DNA of 64,000 bases. Origin: Octopus vulgaris. Its lineage: Eukaryota. The notes beneath the pieces are model-generated. The model worked only from the letters and a program-made list of their open reading frames with translations. It made no database searches and was not told where the DNA came from. The stretch lies in NCBI GenBank assembly GCA_951406725.2, contig OX597828.1:868001-932000 (forward strand). The letters are read 5' to 3'. Positions 28,550-44,166 of the stretch are shown here, piece by piece; position 1 is the first letter of the stretch, and every line of letters starts with the position of its first letter. A program made the position numbers and the translations under genes.

Positions 28550-29586
28550 TGTGAATAGTTCAGGGACAGTACTTCTGACCTACTTTGCTCGGGTTGTAGT
28601 CTGGAAGTCTACGGTGTAAAGTTATAGTCCTTTGTTCTGCCATGTTCTGGAAAGAGTAACGACTTAGGAAGTGACATTTTGGCCCCTACGGTCAGGGAAA
28701 GTTCAAGGAACCACCCTTTAAAATGCGACGCGCTGTGAGCTTGTGGTCAGTCGAGAACAGAGTGAGTTGGCAACAGGTAGTTCTGCTAGAGACAGCAAAA
28801 GGAGACGAAGGAAGCGCATAGGAAGACAGACGCACAGTCATGAGAGATGACAGGCGAGATAGTGACAGGACAGCGTTGAGAACGACAGGCAGACAGTGAG
28901 AGGATGAGGGGTTGAGGAAGACATACACATAGGATTAAACAGCTAATAGAGATGGACTACGGTGTGAGGCATTGGCTGTTGTACGGTATGTGTTGATTAT
29001 TGAGTTGTGTTACTTATGTAAAAGAATTGAACAATGTGAATTGAGTAAAGAACTTGTTGATGTGTTATAAAGAACAATGCTAAAGGCTGGAAAAGAAATG
29101 AGACAGTAAAGAGACATTGTGAATTAAGGAAAGAAAAAAAGAGTTGTTGAAATGTATTGATACGTGTTACAAATAAAGGAAGGAAAAAGACAAGAAAAGA
29201 ACTCTGAACTGTATCGTTAATGTGTACGTTAATTGAACTGTTGTGACTTGAACATTGTATAATGTATTTGTTTGATTCGACGTGTACTGTTTAAATGCTG
29301 TTGTTTCCTTCTTTGATATATCTGATGTTTTCTTTAAATGTATTTGATGTTGTAATGATTGTCATAAACTGTTGTTAAATGTAGCCAATTGCCTTCCGCC
29401 GTGTCTCTGTATCTCTTCTTCCTGTTGTTGTTGTTCTCTCCGGTCCTGCCGGGTTCGCTGCCATCCCCACCGAGTTCTCTCTGTGTGGCGAATTCTCCGT
29501 TCGACTGAGCCTAGTCAATCGTCGTCGCTCGACTTGGTAGGATCCCGGGATCGAGTTTGAGCGACGACAGGTGGGATTCCGTAACA
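28550..29586 (-). mobile_element. Probable solo LTR (about 1.04 kb) inserted in a TA microsatellite
   Basis: Minus strand TGTTACGG...TTCACA termini, TATA-like ttttaaaaggg, no ORF, flanks ttat/atat. Confidence 0.55.
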
Positions 29587-29706
29587 ATATATATATATAA
29601 ATATATATATGTACGTATGTATGCATATATATATATATATGTACGTATGTATGTATATATATAATATATATATGTACGTATGTATATATATATATATATA
29701 TGTACG

Positions 29707-29741
<35 letters not shown>

Positions 29742-29810
29742 GTATGTATGTATATATATATATATGTACGTATGTATGTATATATATATATATATGTGTG
29801 TGTGTGTACG

Positions 29811-29863
<53 letters not shown>

Positions 29864-29900
29864 GTATGTGTATATATATATATACATGTACGTATGTATG

Positions 29901-29947
<47 letters not shown>

Positions 29948-29968
29948 GTATGTATGTATATATATATA

Positions 29969-30295
29969 GTGACGCATATTTGCCATTTGAATATGGCTAA
30001 ACCCTAAGGGTGGATGCTACTGTAGTTTGTAGCCACAGGAAGATATCTCCTCCAGCTGTCTATAGACACACTATGTGTGTCCTCTCAGTATTTGTGAAGG
30101 GGAGTCATCCTCCCCGTCTTCAACTCACTGAGAGGACACAGATAGTGTGTCTATAGCCAACTGGAGGAGATATCTTCCTGGGGCTACAAACTACAGTAGC
30201 ATCCACCCTTAGGGGTAAGCCATATTCAAATAGCAAATATGCGTCACGATGTGTTACCGCTACTGTTTAAAACTCGCTCTGAGATTTATCATTAT
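29969..30295. mobile_element. Fold-back element with about 120-bp inverted arms
   Basis: gtgacgcatatttgc...cctctcagt (29969-30089) is inverted at about 30127-30247; TA flanks; the right arm continues about 50 bp further. Confidence 0.7.
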
Positions 30296-30320
30296 ATGTA
30301 TATATATATATATATATATA

Positions 30321-30620
30321 TCACGTGACCATCACGTGACCGACCAGTACATCAGCAGTAGTTACACATCGCTGGTCACAATGCGTTAGCATTGTTTTAG
30401 CCTTCGAATAACGCCATCACGTTGGCTAAGCGAGCAGGCCAAAAGAGTGGGAGAAAGAGTGGGGAAAGAGTACAACAGGGATCACCACCCCCTGCCCGAG
30501 CCTCGTGAAGCTTTTAGGTGTTTTCGCTCAATAAACATTCACAACGCCTGGTCTGGGAATCGAAACCGCGATCCTACGACCGCGAGTCCGCTGCCCTAAC
30601 CACTAGGCCATTGCGCCCCC
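30321..30620 (-). mobile_element. tRNA-derived SINE, second family
   Basis: Minus: ggggcgcaatggcctagtggttagggcagcggactcgcggtc..ggtttcgattccc (A and B boxes); repeated cacgtga tail. Confidence 0.85.
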
Positions 30621-30623
30621 AGA

Positions 30624-30674
<51 letters not shown>

Positions 30675-30683
30675 GTGTACATA

Positions 30684-30721
<38 letters not shown>

Positions 30722-30745
30722 TATATATATATCTATGTACGCATG

Positions 30746-30787
<42 letters not shown>

Positions 30788-30796
30788 GTACGTATG

Positions 30797-30831
<35 letters not shown>

Positions 30832-30912
30832 GTATGTATGTATATATATATATATATCTATGTACGTATGTATGTATATATATATATATATATATCTATG
30901 TACGTATGTATG

Positions 30913-30948
<36 letters not shown>

Positions 30949-30958
30949 CGTATGTATG

Positions 30959-31570
<612 letters not shown>

Positions 31571-31846
31571 AATAACTGGATATATATATATATATATATA
31601 AATATAAATTTATATATGAGGATAATATCGATATTTAAGTGTCGAAATTATCAAGTGGCCAGCATGAAAGAAATACCTTACAAAGGTAAAAAAAATTTTT
31701 TTAACAATTAAAAATGAGGGTGTCTAAAAGACACCAACATGCCGAAATAGCAGTCGAAACACTGACTATAGTACCACGTTAAATGTTCATATCGCACCAT
31801 GAGGTAAAGCGGAGGGACAAAACATACAAGCAAAAATTATTGAATA

Positions 31847-31906
31847 ATTCAAGATCCAAGGATTTCTGGTTCTGCTTTAGATAAGCTTTACCGTCATCAA
31901 TTGAAT
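31847..31906 (-). ncRNA. Type I hammerhead-like motif (C3U) in a pseudo-LTR fragment (about 31615-31930)
   Basis: Minus: attcaa-TTGATGA-c ggt..acc a-GAAA-tccttgga-TC-ttgaat; flank shares aaattatcaa..tggccagcat..aaatacctt with 20025-20062. Confidence 0.55.
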
Positions 31907-32012
31907 ATATCAAGGGTACATCAATACAGATATATATATGCACAGCAAACGATATACTTACATATACGAGTGCCGTACATACATACATATGCACGTATGG
32001 ACACAGCCAATA

Positions 32013-32390
32013 TACTCTTTTACTCTTTTACTCTTTTACTTGTTTCAGTCATTTTGACTGCGGCCAAGCTGGAGCACCGCCTTTAGTCGAGCAAATCGAC
32101 CCCGGGACTTATTCTTTGTAAGCCCAGTACTTATTCTATCAGTCTCTTTTGCCGAACCGCTAAGTGACGGGGACAAACACAGACGCACAAACATATACAC
32201 ACACACTTATATATATATACATATATACGACAGGCTTCTTTCAGTTTCCGTCTACCAAATCCACTCACAAGGCATTGGTCGGCCCAGGGCTATAGCAGAA
32301 GACACTTGCCCAAGATGCCACGCAGTGGGACTGAACCCGGAACCATGTGGTTGGTTAGCAAGCTACTTACCACACAGCCACTCCTGCGCC
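32013..32390 (-). mobile_element. Full-length SINE (same family as 26278-26710)
   Basis: Near-identical reverse complement with (gtaaaaga)n tail. Confidence 0.9.
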
Positions 32391-32443
<53 letters not shown>

Positions 32444-32447
<4 letters not shown>

Positions 32448-32629
32448 AACCAACTTCACGGCAGGAGGGGCAGATGAGGGCAGCTGCATCGAACTCTCTC
32501 ATGCACCAAATAGCAGTTGCTAGAAAGCCTCCATGAAGTGATACCAAGTAGCAACACCAAATGGCGGTGCCCCAGCATGGCCACAGCTCATAAGCTGAAA
32601 CTAGAATCAATCAATCAATCAATCAATCA
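32444..32629 (+). mobile_element. LINE subfamily A, extreme 3' fragment
   Basis: Matches about 41717-41890; (aatc)n tail; TA flanks. Confidence 0.9.
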
Positions 32630-32634
32630 TATAT

Positions 32635-33287
<653 letters not shown>

Positions 33288-33289
33288 AT

Positions 33290-33513
<224 letters not shown>

Positions 33514-33522
33514 GAAATATAG

Positions 33523-33639
<117 letters not shown>

Positions 33640-35372
33640 TACGAGAAAGAAGCAACAAGAATGGATTAGTTTTTAGTACAATTGTTTCATACAAAGACAG
33701 GCTTTATTAAAAGTAGCAAAAATTGCAGCAGATAAAAGTGTCCCGTACTCATCAGCTAAAATACATATGAGTTCTCCAAGCATCTAAGTGGGTGAGGCTA
33801 TACTCATGAAGTATTGGAGATAATTTCATTAAAAGCAGATTTAGGTTGTAAACAGATTTCCGAAGTTCCTTAATGATGATGCACAGTCTTATCACAGGTT
33901 TTTAAAAAAGCTTATTAGCTTCACAGAGAAGGTGAATTAATCCGTAGTGTAGATGTAAATTTCCAGAGATATGAGGAGGAATTTCATACTCACAGACGAT
34001 GAATTTATCCATGGTTAATCCGTAATGAGGTGGATATCATTTCATGCTATATGATAAGGTATTTGCCTGCTAAGTTATGACTTCTAAAGGCTGAAGGAAT
34101 TTTTTGTGGAGCAAAGAAAAGGAAAGAAAGGAAAGAGAAGAAAAGAGACAAGGAAAGGGAAAAAGAAAGAAAAAGAAAAAAGAAAAAAAAAGAAAAAAGA
34201 AAAAGGGGAGAAGAAAAGTAAAAAGAAAAAAGAAAGAGGAAAAAAGAAAAAGAAAAAAGGGGAAAGAAAAAGAAAAAAGAAAAAAGGGAAAGTAGGGAGA
34301 AAAGAAAAAACGCCCACATAGAGTATACTGTGACAACTTTGAGGGAAGGGAGTTCTAAAGTGACATACTACACAGAAGAATTTGCAGACTGCCTGGCTGG
34401 CTTGAATTTGCAAGAATCCAGGAACTATAAGGAGAATATTATTTTTGACCAGTAAAACAGCTATTTATTGCCAACCTGACGTAGTTGAAAGCAGATATGA
34501 ATCTAAAGAGAATCTAAAGAGATAACAAGGTCAGGGGTAGAGGGGTCAAAGGCTATCATCAAAAGGAAATACTCTTCCAGAGTATTTAGAGATTCTCTCC
34601 AGATTATGAAGCAGTCGTCTAGGTATCTCTTCCATGCCTTTTCAATATACTTTCTAAATCCAGTGCCATAGTTTACCTCCACCTCTTGGTAGAGTTGTTG
34701 TTCTAAGTATCCCATTACAGAGTTGGCGTAAACGGGAGCAAACCTCATTCCCATCGCCGTGCCTCTAATTTGGATGTAATTCTTTCCATTGAAGAAGAAT
34801 GTGTTATTTTCTAGAATAAGTTTGACTGTGTCTAATATAAATGGCACTGTGAATCTGCTGGGAATCACTTCTCTATGTTTTTCTAACCAGTATTTAATCG
34901 CCTTTATTCCTAAATCGTGTGGAATATTGGTGTAGAGGCTTACCACATCAAAACTTAGTAAAACTGAATTTGTTTCTGTTGTTTTGGGAACATGGGACAG
35001 GAAGTCGATGTCATCCCTGATGAAACTTGGTATGTAAGTACATAGTGGTTTCAAAACAATGTCAATAAAATTGCTTAGACGGTGTGTAGGGCAAGCTGGA
35101 CCAGCTATAATAGGTCTAAGTTTTAGGTCTTTTGGATGTAATAATTTTATGTACTCACTTTCTTGTTCTTTTACTGCCTGTTGAATATTTTTTGATTTGT
35201 GTATTTTTGGTAAGCCGTAGAAGTTGCTGGGTTTTGGTTCGAAATTGTTGATGTAGTCTTTTTCATTATCCGTAAGTGAGTTGTGGTGTGTTGAGATCAG
35301 GTTGTTGATCTTTTTCATGATGTGGTGGTCTATATTTGCGGGTATTTCACAATAGAAGGTTGTATCCTTCAG
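33640..35372 (-). mobile_element. Penelope-like element remnant: RT fragment joined to 3' region and pseudo-LTR
   Basis: FYGLPKIHK, RPIIAG, SFDVVSLYTNIP, GTAMG..FAP.YAN, KRYLDDCF. 33645-34565 is homologous to 27243-27998. Confidence 0.9.
33671..33761 (-). ncRNA. Type I hammerhead ribozyme, canonical core
   Basis: Minus: ttttag-CTGATGA-gtacg..tgtat-GAAA-caattg-TA-ctaaaa; perfect 6-bp stem I; substitutions relative to the 25496 copy preserve pairing. Confidence 0.8.
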
Positions 35373-36238
<866 letters not shown>

Positions 36239-36689
36239 TTCCGTTTTCAGCAGAGAAAGACGTGATTGCCTTTGCTCTGTGAAAAAGTCTGCATAGAACG
36301 GCGAAATAACCCACTGTAGTTGCAAAACGTAAAACTCTAAGTCATAGAGATCACTACAACACTTTGGTTAAAAATATTTTTAAAAATATATATATAAATA
36401 TATACATATACACAGTAATTTTCATTTTCGCCGAAACGCACATGGTGCAAAAATAACTGAATCAAGTTATCTCCTGCAAGAAAGAAAAAAGAAGCATCTC
36501 TCCCGAAAAAAATCCCGTAAACCAAAAAAATTATCCAGACCACATTGTTGGATTAAGTATCAATTTCATCTATTTCATATTTTATTTATTATTCTATTTT
36601 ATCTTTCACTTAGGCCCACATCTTAGTTAAAGTTGCGATCGTCATTTGGTTTGTTTACATTTTCAATAACTGTTCTCGATATAATAATT

Positions 36690-37890
36690 TTCCAGATACT
36701 CTATCTTCTAATTAGCCTTAAGATTAAATTAAATAACGTTTAATATTGATACCGTCAAATTAGCCTTAGGATTAAATTAAATAACGTTTAATATAGTTTA
36801 ATATTGTTAATAATTATTGTTAATTAGCCTTAAGATTAAATTAAATAACGTTTAATATTGTTTTAATATTGTTAATAATTTTTCAGATACTCTATCTTCT
36901 AATTAGCCTTAAGATTAAATTAAATAACGTTTAATATTAATAACGTCTAATTAGCCTTAGGATTAAATTAAATAACGTTTAATATTGTTAATAATTATTG
37001 TTAATTAGCCTTAGGATTAAATTAAATTAATTAAATAACGTTTAATATTGTTTAATATTGTTAATAATTACTGTTAATTAGCCTTAAGATTAAATTAAAT
37101 AACTTTTAATATTGTCTAATATTGTTAATAATTATTGTTAATTAGCCTTAGGATTAAATTAAATAACGTTTAATATTGTTTAATATTGTTAATAATTATT
37201 GTTAATTAGCCTTAAGATTAAATTAAATAACGTTTAATATTGTTTTAATATTGTTAATACTTCTTCAGATACTCTATCTTCTAATTAGCCTTAAGATTAA
37301 ATTAAATAACGTTTAATATTACCCACACTCTAATATAATATTAACATTGCTAATATATTTTCAGATACTCTATCTCCTGATTAGCCTTAAGATTAAATAA
37401 CGTTTTTATCCACACTCTAATATAATATTAATATTGCTAATATATTTTCAGATACTCTATCTTCTAATTAGCCTTAAGATTAAATTAAATAACGTTTAAT
37501 ATTAATAACGTCTAATTAGCCTTAAGATTAAATTAAATAACGGTTAATATTGCTTAATATTGTATATATAATTTTTCAGATACTCTGTCTTCTAATTAGC
37601 CTTAAGATTAAATTAAATAACGTTTAATATTACCCACACTCTAATATAATATTAATATTGCTAATATATTTTCAGATACTCTATCTCCAAATTAGCCTTA
37701 AGATTAAATAACGTTTTTTTACCCACACTCTAATATAATATTAATATTGCTAATATATTTTCAGATACTCTATCTCCTAATTAGCCTTAAGATTAAATAA
37801 CGCGTTTTTACCCAAATAACGTTTTTACACAAACTTTAATATTGTTAATATTTCTTTTTCAAGTACTCTATCTTCTAATTAGCCTTAATA
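36690..37890 (+). repeat. AT-rich tandem array in the LINE leader
   Basis: About 20 recurrences of aattagcctta(a/g)gattaaattaaataacgtttaatatt, interleaved with cagatactctatct modules. Confidence 0.9.
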
Positions 37891-37949
37891 TCTTCCTGTC
37901 TTCTCTCGAACATAATTAGATAGATAAACGGATAGACGGATTATCCAGC

Positions 37950-38861
37950 ATGTCCAGAGCATGGAGACGTGACGAGCTGGATTTATTCGTACGAGCATGG
38001 GAGTGCGCCGGCGGAGATAGCCCTAGCGAGGTGATTGCGGCTGCGCTGAAGAGCAGAGGCTACAAGAGGACAGCGGCTCAGATGGAGCGAAAGAGACAGG
38101 AATTCGTGCGCTCATATGCGCTTATACGTTCGCACATTGGCGCACTTGATGCCATCTTTGAGAACGAGCGGGGCAAAGATGGCAAGAATGGAGACGATGA
38201 AAGAAGTCACCCCCACCTGGTGGACGCCCAGGAGGAGGTTTTGAATGAGAAACCTGCCCGGGAAGTGAACCCAGGTGCAAGTTCTCCAACCGGCAGCAAG
38301 GGCCATGGAGACGGAGAACCCGGTGAAGAGGTAGAGGGAGGAAGAAGAACTAAAAGAAGGACTGGAAGAGCTAAAGGAAAAGAAAAAGCTCAAGCAGGAC
38401 CAAAGAGTGAAACAACCAGGAGTAGAAGTGGAACCGCAAAGGATGGAACCAAACAGCGCACACGGGTGTGTATGTTCTACCTGAGAGGTTCCTGCTGGCA
38501 CGGAAAGGAAGGTGCAGGCTGCCGCTTTGCACATCGGGGACCCTGCCACAGAGACACGAGGCAGATGGACAAACCATCAACACAAAGAAAAGGGATGGAC
38601 TACGCACCACCTGCCCCAAAGCGGAGGTACGCAGATGTTGTGCGCGCCACAAACAGCCAACATGATGTTGTCGAAAGAGCAGCTGCTGAGCAACAATCTT
38701 TTTTGTGCATGGCACAAAAGATTGTACAGCAGCTGACCTGGCTTCATCAAACCCAAGCCCGCAGGTGGGACTACCCACTATATACCAGACCACCACAGCA
38801 AACAGACACAGGATGGACACCGCCGGCAACAACGTACACCTCACCTCGATACTCCTACTGA
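37950..38861 (+). CDS. LINE ORF1 (303 aa): Myb/SANT-like N-terminus, basic linker, CCCH zinc finger
   Basis: WRRDELDLFVRAW..IAAALKSRGYKRTAAQMERK; C-x7-C-x8-C-x3-H (CMFYLRGSCWHGKEGAGCRFAH); homologues at 21663 and 47232-47639. Confidence 0.8.
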   Translation: MSRAWRRDELDLFVRAWECAGGDSPSEVIAAALKSRGYKRTAAQMERKRQEFVRSYALIRSHIGALDAIFENERGKDGKNGDDERSHPHLVDAQEEVLNEKPAREVNPGASSPTGSKGHGDGEPGEEVEGGRRTKRRTGRAKGKEKAQAGPKSETTRSRSGTAKDGTKQRTRVCMFYLRGSCWHGKEGAGCRFAHRGPCHRDTRQMDKPSTQRKGMDYAPPAPKRRYADVVRATNSQHDVVERAAAEQQSFLCMAQKIVQQLTWLHQTQARRWDYPLYTRPPQQTDTGWTPPATTYTSPRYSY

Positions 38862-41809
38862 ACATCAGAGGACTGCAAACACTCAGTAACAGGACAAAGA
38901 TCCCGTTCCTGAGAGACTTTGTTGCATGCAATCAAGCCTTATGCATAGCACTTACAGAAACGCACCTGAAACCGGACATAGCAGATGCGGAGTTACACAT
39001 ACCACAGTATGCTGTACTACGGACCGACAGGAAAGAAAGGAGTCATGGAGGTGTTGCTATGTACATCCGTGAGGACCTCACACCCCAGGTCCTCTTGTCA
39101 TACTCAAACTCGGTGTGTGACACACTAATTGTACATATTAGGCAACTTGATGTAGTTGTGTGTGCTACATATCGCCCTCCAGATGCCCCAAGCCATGTGG
39201 GCAAGTTTGAAGACTGCCTTATAAAAATAGAAGAAATTCTAACCACATTAGAACAACACATAGGTGTGCTTCTTATGGGAGACTTCAATCTGCCCAATGT
39301 CAGATGGCCCGAGGGCCTTTCTCTCCCAGGAATGACAAGATGTGAACGAGGACAGGCGAGGTCCCTCCTGAACCTCATCAACACCCTGTACATGGAGCAG
39401 GTAATACTCCAACCAACCAGGGCAGGTAACACACTGGATCTCTGCTTCACAAATGACATGGATCTCATCCATAATGTGAAAGTGACACCGACACTACTCT
39501 CGGATCACAACATGATAGAGCTGACCATGTACGGGCCAAAAGAGAGCACGGACATGCAGCCTACAAGAAACCCTCAAAATCTTTCCAGCTTGAACTACCA
39601 TAAGGCAAACTGGAAACAAATTGAGAAAGAGATCCTCAAACAAAACTGGCCTGAATGTCTCTCCTCGCCAGACATCGACGTGAAACTTCAACAATTCATG
39701 TCTGTAATGCAAGCCATATGCTACAAATGTGTCCCAGAGAGAAAGGCCACTGTACACAAGAACAAAATCCCCAGAGAGAGGAAAATTTTAATGAGACGGC
39801 GTACGAAATTTTCAAATCGCCTAAACAAACAGATTGAAAGCAGTGAAAAGTCCCGCCTAAAAATAAAACTGTTGGAAATCGAAAAATGTCTGCAACTCTC
39901 CCATGAAAAAGAAAGAGCAGACAAAGAAGCCTGGGCTATAGAAAACATAAAATCTAACCCCAGAGCTTTCTACAGGTATGCCAAAGAAACAGCTACAGTG
40001 CACTGTAGAATAGGGCCACTCCTTGAAAAGGATGGCACACTTACAGGAAAACCAATGAGGGTAAGTGAAATACTGAATGAGCAATTCAAGAGTGTTTTCA
40101 CTCCACCCCTTGGGCATCTCCAAATCACCAATCCAACTGACTTTTTTACCACTGCAGATATAAAATCAGAGGCGGCGACGATAGATTACATCGATATAAA
40201 GGAAGACGATGTAACCAAGGCTATAGATGAAATGAAAACAGACTCAGCTACTGGCCCCGATGGATTCCCGGCAATCCTCCTAAAAGCATGTAAGAGAGTC
40301 CTAGCAAGACCACTGCAGTTCCTCTTTCAGAGCTTCCTTGCAGCTGGCAAACTTCCAGGAAAACTGAAGGAAGGTAAAATATGCCCCATTCATAAAGGAG
40401 GTAGCAGAGCGGAAGCCAAGAACTATAGACCTATCTCTCTGACCTCACACATCAGCAAGGTCATGGAACGAATAGTCAGAAGGAAGCTGATCACCTTCCT
40501 TGAAGAGAATGACTTGCTGCCCGACACCCAACATGGTTTCCGACCAGGGAGAAGCTGTTTAACTCAGCTCCTACAACACTATGACTGGGTGCTGAAACGG
40601 CTGCTCAACCACTCAAATGTGGAAGTGATATATCTCGACTTTGCAAAGGCCTTTGATAAAGTCGATCATGGAATGATATGTCACAAACTGCGTGATCTCA
40701 ACATAGTTGGAAAACTGGGAGAATGGCTTCATGACTTTCTGAAGGATAGAAGTCAGGTGGTAGTAGCCAATGGGGCCACCTCCATTAACACACAAATAGT
40801 GAGCGGTGTTCCGCAGGGCACTGTTCTGGGACCACTACTGTTCATAATGGCCCTCTCAGACATGCCCTCAGCCACGCAGAGAGCCACGATCACAAGTTAT
40901 GCAGATGATACAAAAGTCTCACAGGCAATACAGAACCCTGAGGACACTAAACACCTGCAATGTGAGCTGGACGAAATATACAAGTGGGCTGAAAAGAATA
41001 GCATGCAGTTCAATGCTGGAAAGTTTCAAGCTTTATACTATCAGCATGCAAAACTGAATGCAATACCCAATGAATACACTGGACCCGGAGGGATTGCAAT
41101 CCCAGAGGCACAATCAGTGCGTGACCTGGGTATTCACATGAGTGATGACGCGACCTTTCATGTACATGTTGCTAAACTGACAATGAAATGTAGACGGCTG
41201 GCTGGATGGATTCTTAGAACCTTTAGAACAAGAGAACAAGAAACCATGATGGTCCTCTGGAAGACACTTGTCCTAAGCCACTTTGACTATTGCTCTCAGC
41301 TATGGTCACCATCCAGTGTCAAGTTGATCACAGAACTTGAGGCGATCCAACGAAGCTACACAAAGAAGATAGCCTCTATGCAGAATGTAAGCTACTGGGA
41401 AAGACTCAAGAGATTAAAATTATATTCCCTGGAGCGTAGGCGGGAAAGATATGCCATAATATACATCTGGAAGATCCTGGAGGGAAGTGTCCTGAACTTT
41501 GGCATCGAGAGTTACGCAAATGCCAGAACTGGGCGCCACTGCGTGGTGCCTAGGACTCCAAACCTGCCATCAAGATGTAGGACAAGATTCTGTGATAGCC
41601 TGGGCTTCCGAGGCCCACAGCTCTTCAATATCCTCCCGAAGAACCTGAGAGACCTGCATGGGGTGGATACAGATGTCTTTAAAATGAAGCTGGATCTCTT
41701 CCTGTCAGGTGTCCCAGATGAACCAACTTCACGGCAGGAGGGGCAGATGAGGGCAGCTGCATCGAACTCTCTCATGCACCAAATAGCAGTTGCTAGAAAG
41801 CCTCCATGA
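38813..41809 (+). CDS. LINE ORF2 (998 aa from first ATG): APE endonuclease plus reverse transcriptase
   Basis: LLNIRG, ALTETHL, YRPP, GDFN, LDL, SDH (APE); [49 protein letters not shown] (RT); CR1-type YSLERRR tail. Confidence 0.95.
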   Translation: MDTAGNNVHLTSILLLNIRGLQTLSNRTKIPFLRDFVACNQALCIALTETHLKPDIADAELHIPQYAVLRTDRKERSHGGVAMYIREDLTPQVLLSYSNSVCDTLIVHIRQLDVVVCATYRPPDAPSHVGKFEDCLIKIEEILTTLEQHIGVLLMGDFNLPNVRWPEGLSLPGMTRCERGQARSLLNLINTLYMEQVILQPTRAGNTLDLCFTNDMDLIHNVKVTPTLLSDHNMIELTMYGPKESTDMQPTRNPQNLSSLNYHKANWKQIEKEILKQNWPECLSSPDIDVKLQQFMSVMQAICYKCVPERKATVHKNKIPRERKILMRRRTKFSNRLNKQIESSEKSRLKIKLLEIEKCLQLSHEKERADKEAWAIENIKSNPRAFYRYAKETATVHCRIGPLLEKDGTLTGKPMRVSEILNEQFKSVFTPPLGHLQITNPTDFFTTADIKSEAATIDYIDIKEDDVTKAIDEMKTDSATGPDGFPAILLKACKRVLARPLQFLFQSFLAAGKLPGKLKEGKICPIHKGGSRAEAKNYRPISLTSHISKVMERIVRRKLITFLEENDLLPDTQHGFRPGRSCLTQLLQHYDWVLKRLLNHSNVEVIYLDFAKAFDKVDHGMICHKLRDLNIVGKLGEWLHDFLKDRSQVVVANGATSINTQIVSGVPQGTVLGPLLFIMALSDMPSATQRATITSYADDTKVSQAIQNPEDTKHLQCELDEIYKWAEKNSMQFNAGKFQALYYQHAKLNAIPNEYTGPGGIAIPEAQSVRDLGIHMSDDATFHVHVAKLTMKCRRLAGWILRTFRTREQETMMVLWKTLVLSHFDYCSQLWSPSSVKLITELEAIQRSYTKKIASMQNVSYWERLKRLKLYSLERRRERYAIIYIWKILEGSVLNFGIESYANARTGRHCVVPRTPNLPSRCRTRFCDSLGFRGPQLFNILPKNLRDLHGVDTDVFKMKLDLFLSGVPDEPTSRQEGQMRAAASNSLMHQIAVARKPP

Positions 41810-41889
41810 AGTGAAACCAAGTAGCAACACCAAATGGCGGTGCCCCAGCATGGCCACAGCTCATAAGCTGAAACTAGAATCAATCAATC

Positions 41890-44162
<2,273 letters not shown>

Positions 44163-44166
<4 letters not shown>

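Noticed and set aside
30540-30620. Possible tRNA gene
   Set aside because: Acceptor stem is incomplete and the sequence runs into a SINE body.
34110-34312. Lys/Arg-rich or Phe-rich ORFs
   Set aside because: Low-complexity A/G tract inside a PLE 3' region.
36690-37890. CRISPR-like repeat/spacer appearance
   Set aside because: The spacers are themselves repeated modules, the context is eukaryotic and there are no cas genes.
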